In this document: piece by piece, positions 27,244-36,750 of the stretch
Numbering within the stretch: position 1 is the first letter of the stretch
Layout of the letters: each line of letters opens with the position of its first letter
DNA from: Planctomycetota bacterium
GTDB taxonomy: Bacteria; Planctomycetota; UBA1135; JAKEFM01
Reading direction: 5' to 3'
Length of the DNA: 64,000 bases
Assembly (NCBI GenBank): GCA_035695825.1
Contig: DASRRH010000009.1
Location: forward strand, 23,044-87,043
Notes under the pieces: model-generated
What the model was told of the DNA's origin: nothing
What the model saw: the letters and a program-made list of their open reading frames with translations, nothing else
Database searches by the model: none
Program-made: the position numbers and the translations under genes

Positions 27244-28548
27244 TCACAGGAACACGAGCTCGACGGTGTTCGATCCCTCCTCGAAGAAGGGTGTCGTCCC
27301 GGGCCCGAACCGGAGGTAGAGGGCCCCGGCGTAGACCCGCGACCCCGGCGTGATGCCGGGCGGGATCGGGATCGGCGGGGTCTCGGCCCGCATCATGGAG
27401 TCGAGGGTCGGATTGCCCGCCGTCGTGCAGCTGCCCGACCACAGATGGCACTGCGTCCCCGCGAAGATCGTCCATCCCAGGGTGAGGAATGTCGTCGGGG
27501 TCGGGTAGAGGGAGAGGGCGCCGGGAGAGTTGGGGAGGATCAGGCTTCCAGGAAGCAGCGCGCCTCCGGGACAGACGGGGACCCCTGCGGAGTCGTCGCC
27601 GAGGAGGATCACGGCGAGGCGGTTCGCGCCGAGGAAAGCCGCCTCGCCGGCGGTCCAGTCGAGCGACCAGAAGACGAGGTTCTCGAAGGGGAGCAGGTTT
27701 CGCGCCCCGGGGCCCGGGGCGAGGGTGGGGAAGAAGCTGGGCCCCGCCTTGAACGCCTGGAGGACGGGCTCGTAGAAGCCTAGCGACAGCATCAACTCCT
27801 CGCTCGGGGGGCGCACGCCGACCGACGGGGGGATCGTCGAGGCGTCGACCCAGCCCGAGTAGCTGTTGGGCAGTCCGTTCGACCCGATGTTCAGCGCGAA
27901 GTTCTCCTCGGCGATCGAGAGGACGTTCTGGAAGTAGACGGAGGCCGGCGGCGGCGGGAGGGACTCCCCTGGCGTGTAGCGGACCACGAAAGCGAGGTCC
28001 TGCTGCGTCGGAAGGACGGGGAGGCCCGGGTCGGGACCACAGCCGGGCGGGCCCCAGGGAGAAGCGGGAGACACGAGGACGTTGAGGGCGAACAGACCGT
28101 ACGAGATGTTGATCGTTCCCGGGTCCGCGGCGAAGAGCACGGGGCCCGCGAAGTCCGGCACGCGCTGCCCGGCGGCGTTCCGCGTCACCCGTCGAACCTC
28201 GAATGCGGGCAGGTCGAACGGCGCGACGCCCCCCGTCGGGTTGTTGATGGGCTGGACGAGCGTCGCCAGGGTCCACGCGGCGAGCCGGACGGAGCTGGAG
28301 GCGCGCGTCATCGCGTGCTCGCACCCGAGGATCTTCCACTCGGCGTCCCCCGCGATGTTGCCGCTCAGGGCGTTCGGGCCGGCGACGGCCGACACGCTCT
28401 GGGCGTTGAAGTCGCTCACCCGATTCAGATGGTCGCAGAGGACCGTGGCGCTGCAGGCCGGCGGGGGACAGAACTGGGCGGAGGCTCCCGCGCACAGGAG
28501 GGAAGCGGTGGCGAGACCGGGAAGGAGGGGATGGGAAGGTAGGCTCAA
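27244..28548 (-). CDS. Secreted hypothetical protein ending in the shared C-terminal module
   Basis: TTG at 28548 with GAGGA 4-5 nt upstream gives the signal MSLPSHPLLPGLATASLLCAGASAQ. Ends ...PPIPIPPGITPGSRVYAGALYL...VELVFL. Confidence 0.6.
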   Translation of the reverse strand: MSLPSHPLLPGLATASLLCAGASAQFCPPPACSATVLCDHLNRVSDFNAQSVSAVAGPNALSGNIAGDAEWKILGCEHAMTRASSSVRLAAWTLATLVQPINNPTGGVAPFDLPAFEVRRVTRNAAGQRVPDFAGPVLFAADPGTINISYGLFALNVLVSPASPWGPPGCGPDPGLPVLPTQQDLAFVVRYTPGESLPPPPASVYFQNVLSIAEENFALNIGSNGLPNSYSGWVDASTIPPSVGVRPPSEELMLSLGFYEPVLQAFKAGPSFFPTLAPGPGARNLLPFENLVFWSLDWTAGEAAFLGANRLAVILLGDDSAGVPVCPGGALLPGSLILPNSPGALSLYPTPTTFLTLGWTIFAGTQCHLWSGSCTTAGNPTLDSMMRAETPPIPIPPGITPGSRVYAGALYLRFGPGTTPFFEEGSNTVELVFL

Positions 28549-28616
28549 GGGATCCTCACGATTGGATCTGGGGAGATCGGCTTCGCATCCTGCGCTCGGG
28601 CCGGGCGCGACCGCGT

Positions 28617-30362
28617 TCAGAGGACGACGACATCGAGGGCGCGCGACATCGCCGCGGGCACGAGCGAGGGGCCAGGATCCGCGACGTACCATTGGACGAA
28701 GAGATGGAGCCCGTGGAGGGAGGGTGCCGCGGGGATGGGGAATGGGGAGAGGGCGGATCCGCCCGTCGGCCCCGCGCCGCCCGTCGTCGCGGGGAAGCTG
28801 ACCTCCGGCGCGACCCAGAGGAGGCATTCCGGCAGACCGAAGAAGAAGAGCCCGAAGGGAAGGGGGATGCCCATCCAGTTGTCCTCCGAGAACCCCGCGA
28901 GCAGGAACGCCGCGGTCCCGCCGGGGGCGTTCGAGAGGCCGATCCCGAAACCCGCGTTCCCGAGAACCGGGGAGCCGCCCGCGGGGGCAAGGACCGGGAC
29001 GGCCCCGCTCGGACCCGCGCAGCCGGTCCCGAACGGGCGGAAGGGGGAGAACTCGTCCCAGCCGATGTCCACGGCCACCGTGCCGTTCCCGTCGCCGTCG
29101 ACGAGCCGGGGGTCCCCGTCGGGATCGGCGGCGGGGAGGAGCGGGGCGGTGCTGAGGCCGGCGTCGATGCACGGGGAATCGAGACCCAGGTGGTAGTCCC
29201 CCTGGACCGGGTCGGCGAACTGGGGATCCGCGGAGATGTTCCCAAAGAGCCCGACCCAACCCGGGATCGTCCCGCCGAACGGAGGGATGCCCCAGGACAC
29301 GACGTCGTTGTTCTGGACGATGGGGGGGGTGGCGTCGCCGAAATCGGTGCCGAACATCGCGTACTCGCCCGCGGGCGCGACGACGATGTTGTTCTGGATC
29401 TTCGCCTGCGCGTCGTAGCCGTCCGCGTAGATCCCCGATCCGAGGACCGCGGTGTTGCCGACCATCGTGTTGTTGAGCACGGTCGGGCCGATCGTCCCGA
29501 AGGGGACGATCCAGTAGATCGCCCCTCCGTGCGAGATCGCGCTGTTCCCCACGAAGAGATTCTGGACGATCCGCGGACTCGAAGAGGCGCCCGTCGCGAT
29601 CGCTCCTCCCTGTCCGGACGTGTTCCCGATGAACCGGTTGTTCCGGATCGTGATGACCCCCACGTTGGTGAGGTTGATCCCCCCTCCGCTGTCGAACGTG
29701 TTCCCGGCGATCAAGTTGTCGAGGATCTGGGTGTTCGGGGAATTGAAGACGGCGATCCCGCCACCGCCTCCTCCCCCCGAGCACCCGAAGTTGTTGTTGT
29801 CGGTGATGACGTTCCCCACCACGACGGGCGCGGAGTCGGTGATGTAGATGCCGCCGCCTGAGCAACACGCGCGGTTCGCCGTGATGACGTTGTTCGAGAT
29901 CGTCGGCGTGGCGCCGACGGCGATGAAGAGGCCGCCCCCGTAGCAGATCGTCCCTGCCATTCCGGAGGCGTTGCCGTTTCGAATCGTGAACCCGCTCAGC
30001 ACGGCGCTCGAGGGTTCCCCGGATTCCATCAGGACGACCGTCCCCAAGCCCATCCCGTCGACGATCGTCGCCGCCGGGCCCTCCTCGCTCGCCACGACGA
30101 TCCCCTTGCCGAGGAAGTCGAGGTGCTCGGAGTAGGTGCCCGGCGAGACGAGCACCGTGTCCCCGTTCACCGACGCGTTGATGGCCGACTGGATCGTCGG
30201 GTACTCGGAGGGGACGAGGCGAACGGTCCGCGCGTCGGCCGTCCCGGCGAGGAGGACCCATCCCGCCGCCGCCGCGACGAATCCGAGCGCGCGACGGCGC
30301 CTGCTCGCCCGGGATCCCCCGTTCCGACCACGCGACTCGCGGGACGCGACGCTCCGCCTCAT
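28617..30362 (-). CDS. Secreted right-handed parallel beta-helix (PbH1/pectate-lyase-fold) protein with shared C-terminal module
   Basis: ATG at 30362. Arg-rich signal SRRRRALGFVAAAAGWVLLAGTADA. Repeats NNVITANRA / GNVITDNNN / DNLIAGNTF / NNRFIGNTS / QNLFVGNSA. The C-terminus reads ...PFPIPAAPSLHGLHLFVQWYVADPGPSLVPAAMSRALDVVVL. Confidence 0.8.
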   Translation of the reverse strand: MRRSVASRESRGRNGGSRASRRRRALGFVAAAAGWVLLAGTADARTVRLVPSEYPTIQSAINASVNGDTVLVSPGTYSEHLDFLGKGIVVASEEGPAATIVDGMGLGTVVLMESGEPSSAVLSGFTIRNGNASGMAGTICYGGGLFIAVGATPTISNNVITANRACCSGGGIYITDSAPVVVGNVITDNNNFGCSGGGGGGGIAVFNSPNTQILDNLIAGNTFDSGGGINLTNVGVITIRNNRFIGNTSGQGGAIATGASSSPRIVQNLFVGNSAISHGGAIYWIVPFGTIGPTVLNNTMVGNTAVLGSGIYADGYDAQAKIQNNIVVAPAGEYAMFGTDFGDATPPIVQNNDVVSWGIPPFGGTIPGWVGLFGNISADPQFADPVQGDYHLGLDSPCIDAGLSTAPLLPAADPDGDPRLVDGDGNGTVAVDIGWDEFSPFRPFGTGCAGPSGAVPVLAPAGGSPVLGNAGFGIGLSNAPGGTAAFLLAGFSEDNWMGIPLPFGLFFFGLPECLLWVAPEVSFPATTGGAGPTGGSALSPFPIPAAPSLHGLHLFVQWYVADPGPSLVPAAMSRALDVVVL

Positions 30363-30612
30363 GGGACGCTCCCTCGCTCCTGGGTGGGAAGGACCCCAGG
30401 AATGTCCCGGCCATCCGGGCGTTTCTGCGGGAGGCGATCGTAGGAGGGGTCGGGGACCTGTCAAGGCGGATGGGAAGGACGCGGACCCCGACCTCCTTCC
30501 CGGAGTTCGAAGTCCCTGCTGGAGCCTCCCCGCCACGCCACCGTCGCGCGCGAGCGCGCCCGCCGGAGAGCCTCTAGAATGCCGGCGCCTCACCTGGCCG
30601 GAGGATCGAGCG

Positions 30613-33429
30613 ATGCGCGCCGTCCGTTCCGCCGCGGTTCTCGCCCTCGCTTCCCTTGCTCCCTTCGCTCCCGGACAGACCGGCTCCTACGCCAACTTCG
30701 AGAGCCCGACCGTCCACCCGATCCGGCTCTCGGCGGACGGGACGCGCCTCTACGCCGCGAACACGCCGGACAACCGCCTCTCGGTCTGGAGCCTCGCCGA
30801 CCCCTCGAGCCCGGTCCTGATCAAGGAAATCCCGGTCGGGCTCGAGCCGGTCTCCGTCGCGCCCCGGACGGACGACGAGGTCTGGGTGGTGAACCACCTC
30901 GGCGACTCGGTGAGCGTCGTGTCCGTCGCCCTGGGGGTCGTCCTCGACACGATCTACGTCAAGGACGAGCCCGCCGACGTCGTTTTCGCGGGGTCCCCGC
31001 AGCGGGCCTTCGTCAGCGTCTCCCAGTCGAACGAGGTCCGCGTCTTCGACGTCGCGACCCGCGACCTCCTCCAGACGATCCCGATCTTCGGGGAGGATCC
31101 CCGCGCGCTCGCCGCGAGCGCGGACGGCTCGAAGGTCTGGGCGGTCGTCACCGAGTCGGGGAACAAGACGACGGTCCTTCCCGCTTCCCAGTCCCCGGCG
31201 CCGCCGCCGCCGACGAACCCGGCCCTCCCCGCCGCGCCGCAGACGGCGCTCATCGTCTCGAGCACCGACCCGCTGTACGCGGCGCTGATCCCCTACACGC
31301 TCGCCGATCAAGACGTCGTCGAGATCGACGCGAACACGGGCGCGATCTTGTCGAGCTACACCGGCGTCGGGACGATCAATTTCGGAATCGCCCCCCGCCC
31401 CGGGACGAGCGAGCTGTGGGTCGCGAACACGGAGGCGCGCAATCTCGTGCGCTTCGTCCCGAACCTGCGGGGCCACGCGGTCGACGACCGCGTCACCCGG
31501 ATCGTCCCGGGGAGCCCTCCGACGACGACTCCGTTCGACCTCAACCCGGGCGTCGACTACGCGGTCCTCCCCAACCCCGCCGCCCTCTCGACCGCCCTCG
31601 CGCAGCCCGTCGACCTCGTCTGGGACCCCTCCGGCACGACCCTCTACGTCGCCGCCTTCGGCACGGACCGCATCGGGGTCGTGAGCCCCTCGGGGGGCGT
31701 GACGGACCGGATCGAGATCGGGCCGGCGCCGGGAGCTTCGGCCGACCCGCGGAACAAGAAGGGCCCCCGCGGCCTCGCTCACCATCCGTCGCAGCCCCGC
31801 CTCTACGTCCTCGACCGGCTCTCGCAGACCCTCCAGACGATCGACACCGTTTCGAGGACGGTCCTCGGAGAGAAGCCGATCGCGGCGGTGAACCCGGAGC
31901 CTCCGGCCGTCCGCGAAGGGCGGGGCTTCCTCTACGACGCGAAGCTCTCGGGGAGCGGCACGATGTCCTGCGCCTCCTGCCACGTCGACTCGAACTTCGA
32001 CCGTCTCGCGTGGGATCTCGGGGACCCCGGGGGAAGCCTCGACACGGTCGCGAACCCCGTCCTCCCCTCGCCGGTCTTCCTCCCCTCCCTGACGATGCAC
32101 CCGATGAAGGGGCCGATGACGACGCAGGCGCTGAAGGGGCTCTCAGGCGTCGACCCGTTCCACTGGAGGGGGGACCGGGTCGATCTCGCGGCGTTCAACG
32201 GCGCCTTCCCGGACATCCTGGGCGGCGCGCCGCTCCCGAGCGCCGACCTCCTCGAGCTGGTCGCCTTCCTCGGCTCGGTCCGGTTCCCGCCCAATCCGAA
32301 CCGGACCCTCGACGACGACCCGCCCGGCGACTTCCTGGGCGGCAATCCCGTGGCCGGGCAGACCTTCTTCTCGACCCAGGTCTTCAACGGGACCAACCTC
32401 CGCTGCATCGACTGTCACGCCCTCCCGACGGGCACGGGCCGGTCGATCGCCCCCGCGGGAGTTCTCCAGCAGAGCCAGCCGCTCAAGGCCCCGCACCTGC
32501 GGAACCTCTACGAGAAGACGGGCTTCTCCCGCGCTCCCGGGCCGCAGCGCGCGGGGTTCGGCTTCGCCCACGACGGGACGAGCGACACCCTGCTCGGGTT
32601 CCTCCAGCAGCCCTTCTTCGGGGCGCTTTCGGGGACCACGCTGATCGCGACGACGAACCGGCAGGACCTCCAGGCCCTCGTGCTGACGCTCGGGACCGGA
32701 ACGGCGCCTGCCGTCGGGTACTCGCGCACGGTCACCGGGTCGAACGCATTCTCCTCCGCCGTCTCCTCGGACTTCGCCCTCCTCTCCGGCCAGGCGGCGC
32801 TCGGGAAGTGCGACCTCGTGGCCAAGGGGGCGCTGAACGGGCAGGCGCGGGGATTCCGTTACAGCCCGGCGAGCGCCATGTTCCTGCCCGACCGGTCCGG
32901 CGAGTCTCCCTCGACGTGGAACGGCCTCCGCATCCCCATCGCGATGGGGGCGGGGACCCTCACCCTCATCGGCGTCCCTCCCGGCTCGGGGCAGCGGATC
33001 GGGATCGACCGCGACGAGGACGGGATCCTCGACGGGGACGAGGGACTCCTCTCCTACGGCGCCTCCACTCCGGGCTGCGCCGGCCCCCTCTCCCTCGGGG
33101 GGAACTCGGAGCCGCGGGTCGGGAACTCCCTCTTCGCCCTCGCCTGCGCGGGCGGGCCGTCGGGCGGGAGCGGGCTCCTCCTCCTTGGGTTCGGCCCGAC
33201 CTCCATCCCCGTCCTCGGCGTGACGCTCCTCGTCGACCTCGGAGGAGTGGCGCCTGTCGCCCTGCCGATGCCCGCGGACGGAGCGGGCCTCGGCCTCGTC
33301 TCCCTCCCCATCCCCGACGTCGCCTCGCTCGCCGGGGCGAACCTCTACGCGCAGGCCTTCTTCGGGGATCCCTGCGGGCCGCAGGGGATCGGCGCTTCGC
33401 AGGGGCTCGGGATCACGGTCCAGTCGTAG
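30613..33429 (+). CDS. Secreted beta-propeller + two-CxxCH (dihaem cytochrome c peroxidase-like) protein with shared C-terminal module
   Basis: RBS GGAGGA before the ATG at 30613. Signal MRAVRSAAVLALASLAPFAPGQ. Propeller-like repeats (RLYAANTPDNRLSVWSL, EVWVVNHLGDSVSVV). Haem-c motifs CASCH and CIDCH. The C-terminus reads ...LVSLPIPDVASLAGANLYAQAFFGDP...GITVQS. Confidence 0.8.
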   Translation: MRAVRSAAVLALASLAPFAPGQTGSYANFESPTVHPIRLSADGTRLYAANTPDNRLSVWSLADPSSPVLIKEIPVGLEPVSVAPRTDDEVWVVNHLGDSVSVVSVALGVVLDTIYVKDEPADVVFAGSPQRAFVSVSQSNEVRVFDVATRDLLQTIPIFGEDPRALAASADGSKVWAVVTESGNKTTVLPASQSPAPPPPTNPALPAAPQTALIVSSTDPLYAALIPYTLADQDVVEIDANTGAILSSYTGVGTINFGIAPRPGTSELWVANTEARNLVRFVPNLRGHAVDDRVTRIVPGSPPTTTPFDLNPGVDYAVLPNPAALSTALAQPVDLVWDPSGTTLYVAAFGTDRIGVVSPSGGVTDRIEIGPAPGASADPRNKKGPRGLAHHPSQPRLYVLDRLSQTLQTIDTVSRTVLGEKPIAAVNPEPPAVREGRGFLYDAKLSGSGTMSCASCHVDSNFDRLAWDLGDPGGSLDTVANPVLPSPVFLPSLTMHPMKGPMTTQALKGLSGVDPFHWRGDRVDLAAFNGAFPDILGGAPLPSADLLELVAFLGSVRFPPNPNRTLDDDPPGDFLGGNPVAGQTFFSTQVFNGTNLRCIDCHALPTGTGRSIAPAGVLQQSQPLKAPHLRNLYEKTGFSRAPGPQRAGFGFAHDGTSDTLLGFLQQPFFGALSGTTLIATTNRQDLQALVLTLGTGTAPAVGYSRTVTGSNAFSSAVSSDFALLSGQAALGKCDLVAKGALNGQARGFRYSPASAMFLPDRSGESPSTWNGLRIPIAMGAGTLTLIGVPPGSGQRIGIDRDEDGILDGDEGLLSYGASTPGCAGPLSLGGNSEPRVGNSLFALACAGGPSGGSGLLLLGFGPTSIPVLGVTLLVDLGGVAPVALPMPADGAGLGLVSLPIPDVASLAGANLYAQAFFGDPCGPQGIGASQGLGITVQS

Positions 33430-33441
33430 CCCGCGCGCGGG

Positions 33442-35085
33442 TCATAGGACCGTCACGTCGAGGCCCGCCGACATCGCGCCCGGCAGGAGCGCGGGACCCG
33501 GGTCGGTCACGTACCACTGGAAGAACACGCGAGCCCCGTGGAGGAGGGGGTCGTTCGGAATCGGCAGCGGAAGGGAGACGGTCCCGACCCCGGGCCCGCT
33601 CCCGGAGACCGGGCTCACGGCGAGGAGGAACGGGGGGACGAGCAGGGAGCAGTCGGGGAGCCCGAAGAAGAAGAGGTTGACCGGGGCCGGGAGCGGAGCG
33701 AGCCCGGACAGGAGGAAGGCCGCGCTCCCTCCGAGCGCATTCGAGAGCGTGAGGGCGAACCCCCCGTTCCCCACGGCCGGAGTCGGACCCGAGACGCCCG
33801 CGTTGGGGAGGAAGCCGCCGCTCCCGGGACAGGCCGAGCCGAAGGAAGCGACGGGGGAGTATTCGTCCCAGCCCACGTCCACGACCGCCGAACCGTCCGC
33901 GTTCCCGTCGTAGATCCGAGGATCCCCGTCCGCGTCGGTCGGGGAGAGGAAAGGGGCCCCGGCGAATCCCGCGTCGATGCAGGGAGAGGAGGGGAGGAGG
34001 TGGAAGTCCCCGCCGAGGGGGTTCGCGAACAGCGGGTCGGCGCTGAAGTTCCCCCACGTCCCGGTCGGGTCCGGCATCCCCCCCGCGTAGGGCGCCCCAC
34101 CCGGATTCCACACGTCGTTGTTCCGGAAGGCCGCGAGGAGGACGTTGAGGGTGGGGGAGAAGACGGCGCTCGGGGCCCCCCTCCCCGCGAAGACGTTGTT
34201 CTCGAGGGTGCAGGGGGTCGAGAGCCCGTTCGGGACGTAGACCGCCGTCCCGATGGGCGCGTCGTTCCCGACCACCGTGTTGTTGACGACCGCCATCGGG
34301 GCGCCGGAAAAGACCTCGAGGTGGAGTCCGCCCCCCGCGATCGGAGAGGAATTCCCGGTGACGAGGTTCTGGACGAGCCGGACTCGGCCTGCGGCGAAGA
34401 TGCCCGCGCCCGGGCTCGCGCACAATCCGAACGTCGCGTTCCCCTGGACGAGGTTCCCCGTGACGACGACGAGGCCCGGGGAGGAGATCGAGAGGCCGGC
34501 CCCGGCGCTGTGGATGTTGCCCGTGATCACGTTCCCCGTGATCTCGGTCCCCGCGCAGTCGCCGACGACGGCGATCGCGCCGCCCGAGGCCCCCCAGCAG
34601 AAGATCGGCTGGAAGTTGTCCTGGAGCACGTTCCCGACGATCCGGGGGGAAGCGGAGTGGACCTCGATCCCTGCCCCGTCGAGGCAGTCGGCGTTGTCAC
34701 GGACGAGGTTTCCGACGATCGTCGGAGACGAGCGGCCGTCGACGAGGATGCCCCCGGCGGCGCCGTATCGGACCGTGAACCCCGAGAGCACGGCGGTGTC
34801 CGGCTCCCCGTTCGCGAACGTGACGACCGGGATCGGAAGACTCGCCCCGTCGAGGATCGTCAGTTCCGGGCCGGCGCTGCTCACCACGGCGATCGCCCGC
34901 CCGAGGAAGTCGACGTTCTCGACGTAGATCCCCGGGGCGACGAGCACCGTGTCCCCGTCGATCGCCGCGAGGATCGCGGCCTGGACCGTGGGGAAGTCGG
35001 CCGGCACGCGGAGGGTGTTCTGGGCCCGCGCGAGGCCGACGGTCGCCGCGAGGAGGAGAGGGAGGACGAGGCGGACTATGCACAT
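33442..35085 (-). CDS. Secreted right-handed parallel beta-helix protein (paralog of 28617..30362) with shared C-terminal module
   Basis: ATG at 35085 preceded by GGAGG. Signal MCIVRLVLPLLLAATVGLARA. PbH1 repeats. The C-terminus reads ...SLPLPIPNDPLLHGARVFFQWYVTDPGPALLPGAMSAGLDVTVL. Confidence 0.8.
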   Translation of the reverse strand: MCIVRLVLPLLLAATVGLARAQNTLRVPADFPTVQAAILAAIDGDTVLVAPGIYVENVDFLGRAIAVVSSAGPELTILDGASLPIPVVTFANGEPDTAVLSGFTVRYGAAGGILVDGRSSPTIVGNLVRDNADCLDGAGIEVHSASPRIVGNVLQDNFQPIFCWGASGGAIAVVGDCAGTEITGNVITGNIHSAGAGLSISSPGLVVVTGNLVQGNATFGLCASPGAGIFAAGRVRLVQNLVTGNSSPIAGGGLHLEVFSGAPMAVVNNTVVGNDAPIGTAVYVPNGLSTPCTLENNVFAGRGAPSAVFSPTLNVLLAAFRNNDVWNPGGAPYAGGMPDPTGTWGNFSADPLFANPLGGDFHLLPSSPCIDAGFAGAPFLSPTDADGDPRIYDGNADGSAVVDVGWDEYSPVASFGSACPGSGGFLPNAGVSGPTPAVGNGGFALTLSNALGGSAAFLLSGLAPLPAPVNLFFFGLPDCSLLVPPFLLAVSPVSGSGPGVGTVSLPLPIPNDPLLHGARVFFQWYVTDPGPALLPGAMSAGLDVTVL

Positions 35086-35334
35086 GGCGGACCTCCGCAT
35101 CCGAGGATCGGCGAGCGCCTCCCCGGCCGACGACCCCCTGCCGTTCCGATCGGGGCGTCGTCGAGGAAACGTCACCGCCCGGTTCCCGCGGCTTCGGACT
35201 GCGGCGCATCCTACCGGCCGCCCTGGGAGCGGGGAAGGAGGGCTTGCGCCGGGCGGGCGCTCCCTATCCGTCTCCGAGCGCGACCGTTATCTTACGGCCG
35301 AGCGTCCGACCTCCCTTTCGGAGAGGAGGCGTCG

Positions 35335-36750
35335 ATGAATGCGCGCGGAGCCTTGAGAGCCGCCTTCTTCGTGGCGGTGGGGGCCGTTCCCGTCCGAGGC
35401 CAGGACAACCACGCCCCCGTCTTCACCGTCGCCGAGTTCGTCCAGGTCGCCTCGAGCCCCTCCCTCAACTCGATCTCGAGCGCCCTGACGGTCGAGGCGT
35501 GGGTGCGTGCCACGCTGGCCCAGTCCAACCTGACGGCCCTCCGGAGGAACCTGACGAATTTCGTGAACGGCGGAGAGGTGATCATGCTCCGGATCGATTC
35601 GATGAACCTCCTCACGAACCAGATGAAGCCGCGCTTCTACCTCGGCGTGGGGCCGGACTCCTTCTTCGTCGAGGGGACCGTGCCCTTGTCGCTCGGCTTC
35701 TGGCACCACTGGGCCGCGACCTTCGACGGGACGTTCATGAGGATGTTCTGGGACGGCGCGCTCGTGGCGATCGCGCCGCATCCCGGGGTCGTCGCCTCGA
35801 CCGCGGCGCCCCTGTTCCTCGGAACGGGCGTGGGGAACCCGTTCGACTCCTGGCGGGGCAACGTCGACGAGGTGAGGCTCTGGAACGTCGCCCGCTCGCA
35901 GGCGGAGATCCAGTCCTCGTCCTATGCCGTCTTGACCGGGTCCGAGCCGGGACTGGTCGCCTACTGGCGGTTCGAGGAGGGGGGAGGGCAGTTCGCGGCG
36001 GACACGACGCCCAACGGCAACGTCGGGGTCTTCGGCGCGCTCCCGGTCCCCGATCCGTCCGACCCGGCCTGGGCCGTCGTCCCGTTCATCGAGGCCTTCT
36101 CCGTCGCTCCGTCCATCGGCCCCTTCTACGCGGCGAGCGCCGTCACGATCGCGGGGTCGGGCTTCGTCGCGGGAGGTCCGCCGACCGTCACCGTCGGGGG
36201 AGTGTCCGCGAGCGCGGTGACCGTGGTCGGTCCCGGCACCCTGCAGGCGGTCTTCCCCGCTGGCCCGGCGGGCCCCGCGGACGTCGTCGTCTCGAACGGC
36301 CTCGGGTCCGACGTCCTCGCGGGAGGATGGCATTGGGCCGACCACCTCTACGGTGCAACGACCTCGATCTCGGCGGCGGCGGGCGGCGCCGCCCCGTTGA
36401 CCCTCTTCGGGGAGCCGGGGAACGCCGGGAAGGTCTACCTCGTCGGCTCCTCCGTCTCGGGGACCTTTCCGGGAATTCCTCTCCCGGGGACGTCCCTCGT
36501 CGTCCCGCTCAATCACGACCCGTGGATGGACCTCGCCCTCGGGACCGTGAACAGCCCCCTCTTCGCGAACTTCTTCGGCACGCTCGACGGGCAGGGTCAG
36601 GCGACCGCGTCGTTCAACGCAGCGCCCGGCCCGCTCCCGACCGCCGCCATCGGGCTCGAGGCGAGCTTCGCCTACGTCGTGATCGACCCGCCGCCGGTGC
36701 CGGCGTTCGCGCTCGCCTCGAACGCGGTCACGGTCACGGTGCTCCCGTGA
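35335..36750 (+). CDS. Secreted LamG (concanavalin-A-like lectin) + IPT/TIG protein with shared C-terminal module
   Basis: RBS GAGAGGAGG before the ATG at 35335. LTVEAWVR...WHHWAATFDG...WRGNVDEVRLWNVARSQAEIQ (Laminin_G_3 pattern). IPT-like ...VTIAGSGFVAGGPPTVTVGG. Ends ...NAVTVTVLP. Confidence 0.8.
   Translation: MNARGALRAAFFVAVGAVPVRGQDNHAPVFTVAEFVQVASSPSLNSISSALTVEAWVRATLAQSNLTALRRNLTNFVNGGEVIMLRIDSMNLLTNQMKPRFYLGVGPDSFFVEGTVPLSLGFWHHWAATFDGTFMRMFWDGALVAIAPHPGVVASTAAPLFLGTGVGNPFDSWRGNVDEVRLWNVARSQAEIQSSSYAVLTGSEPGLVAYWRFEEGGGQFAADTTPNGNVGVFGALPVPDPSDPAWAVVPFIEAFSVAPSIGPFYAASAVTIAGSGFVAGGPPTVTVGGVSASAVTVVGPGTLQAVFPAGPAGPADVVVSNGLGSDVLAGGWHWADHLYGATTSISAAAGGAAPLTLFGEPGNAGKVYLVGSSVSGTFPGIPLPGTSLVVPLNHDPWMDLALGTVNSPLFANFFGTLDGQGQATASFNAAPGPLPTAAIGLEASFAYVVIDPPPVPAFALASNAVTVTVLP

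Noticed and set aside
33430-33441. 12-nt self-complementary CCCGCGCGCGGG that exactly fills the gap between the convergent stops at 33429 and 33442 (possible bidirectional terminator).
   Set aside because: It allows at most a 4-bp stem once a loop is included, and there is no U-tract. It is too weak to call.
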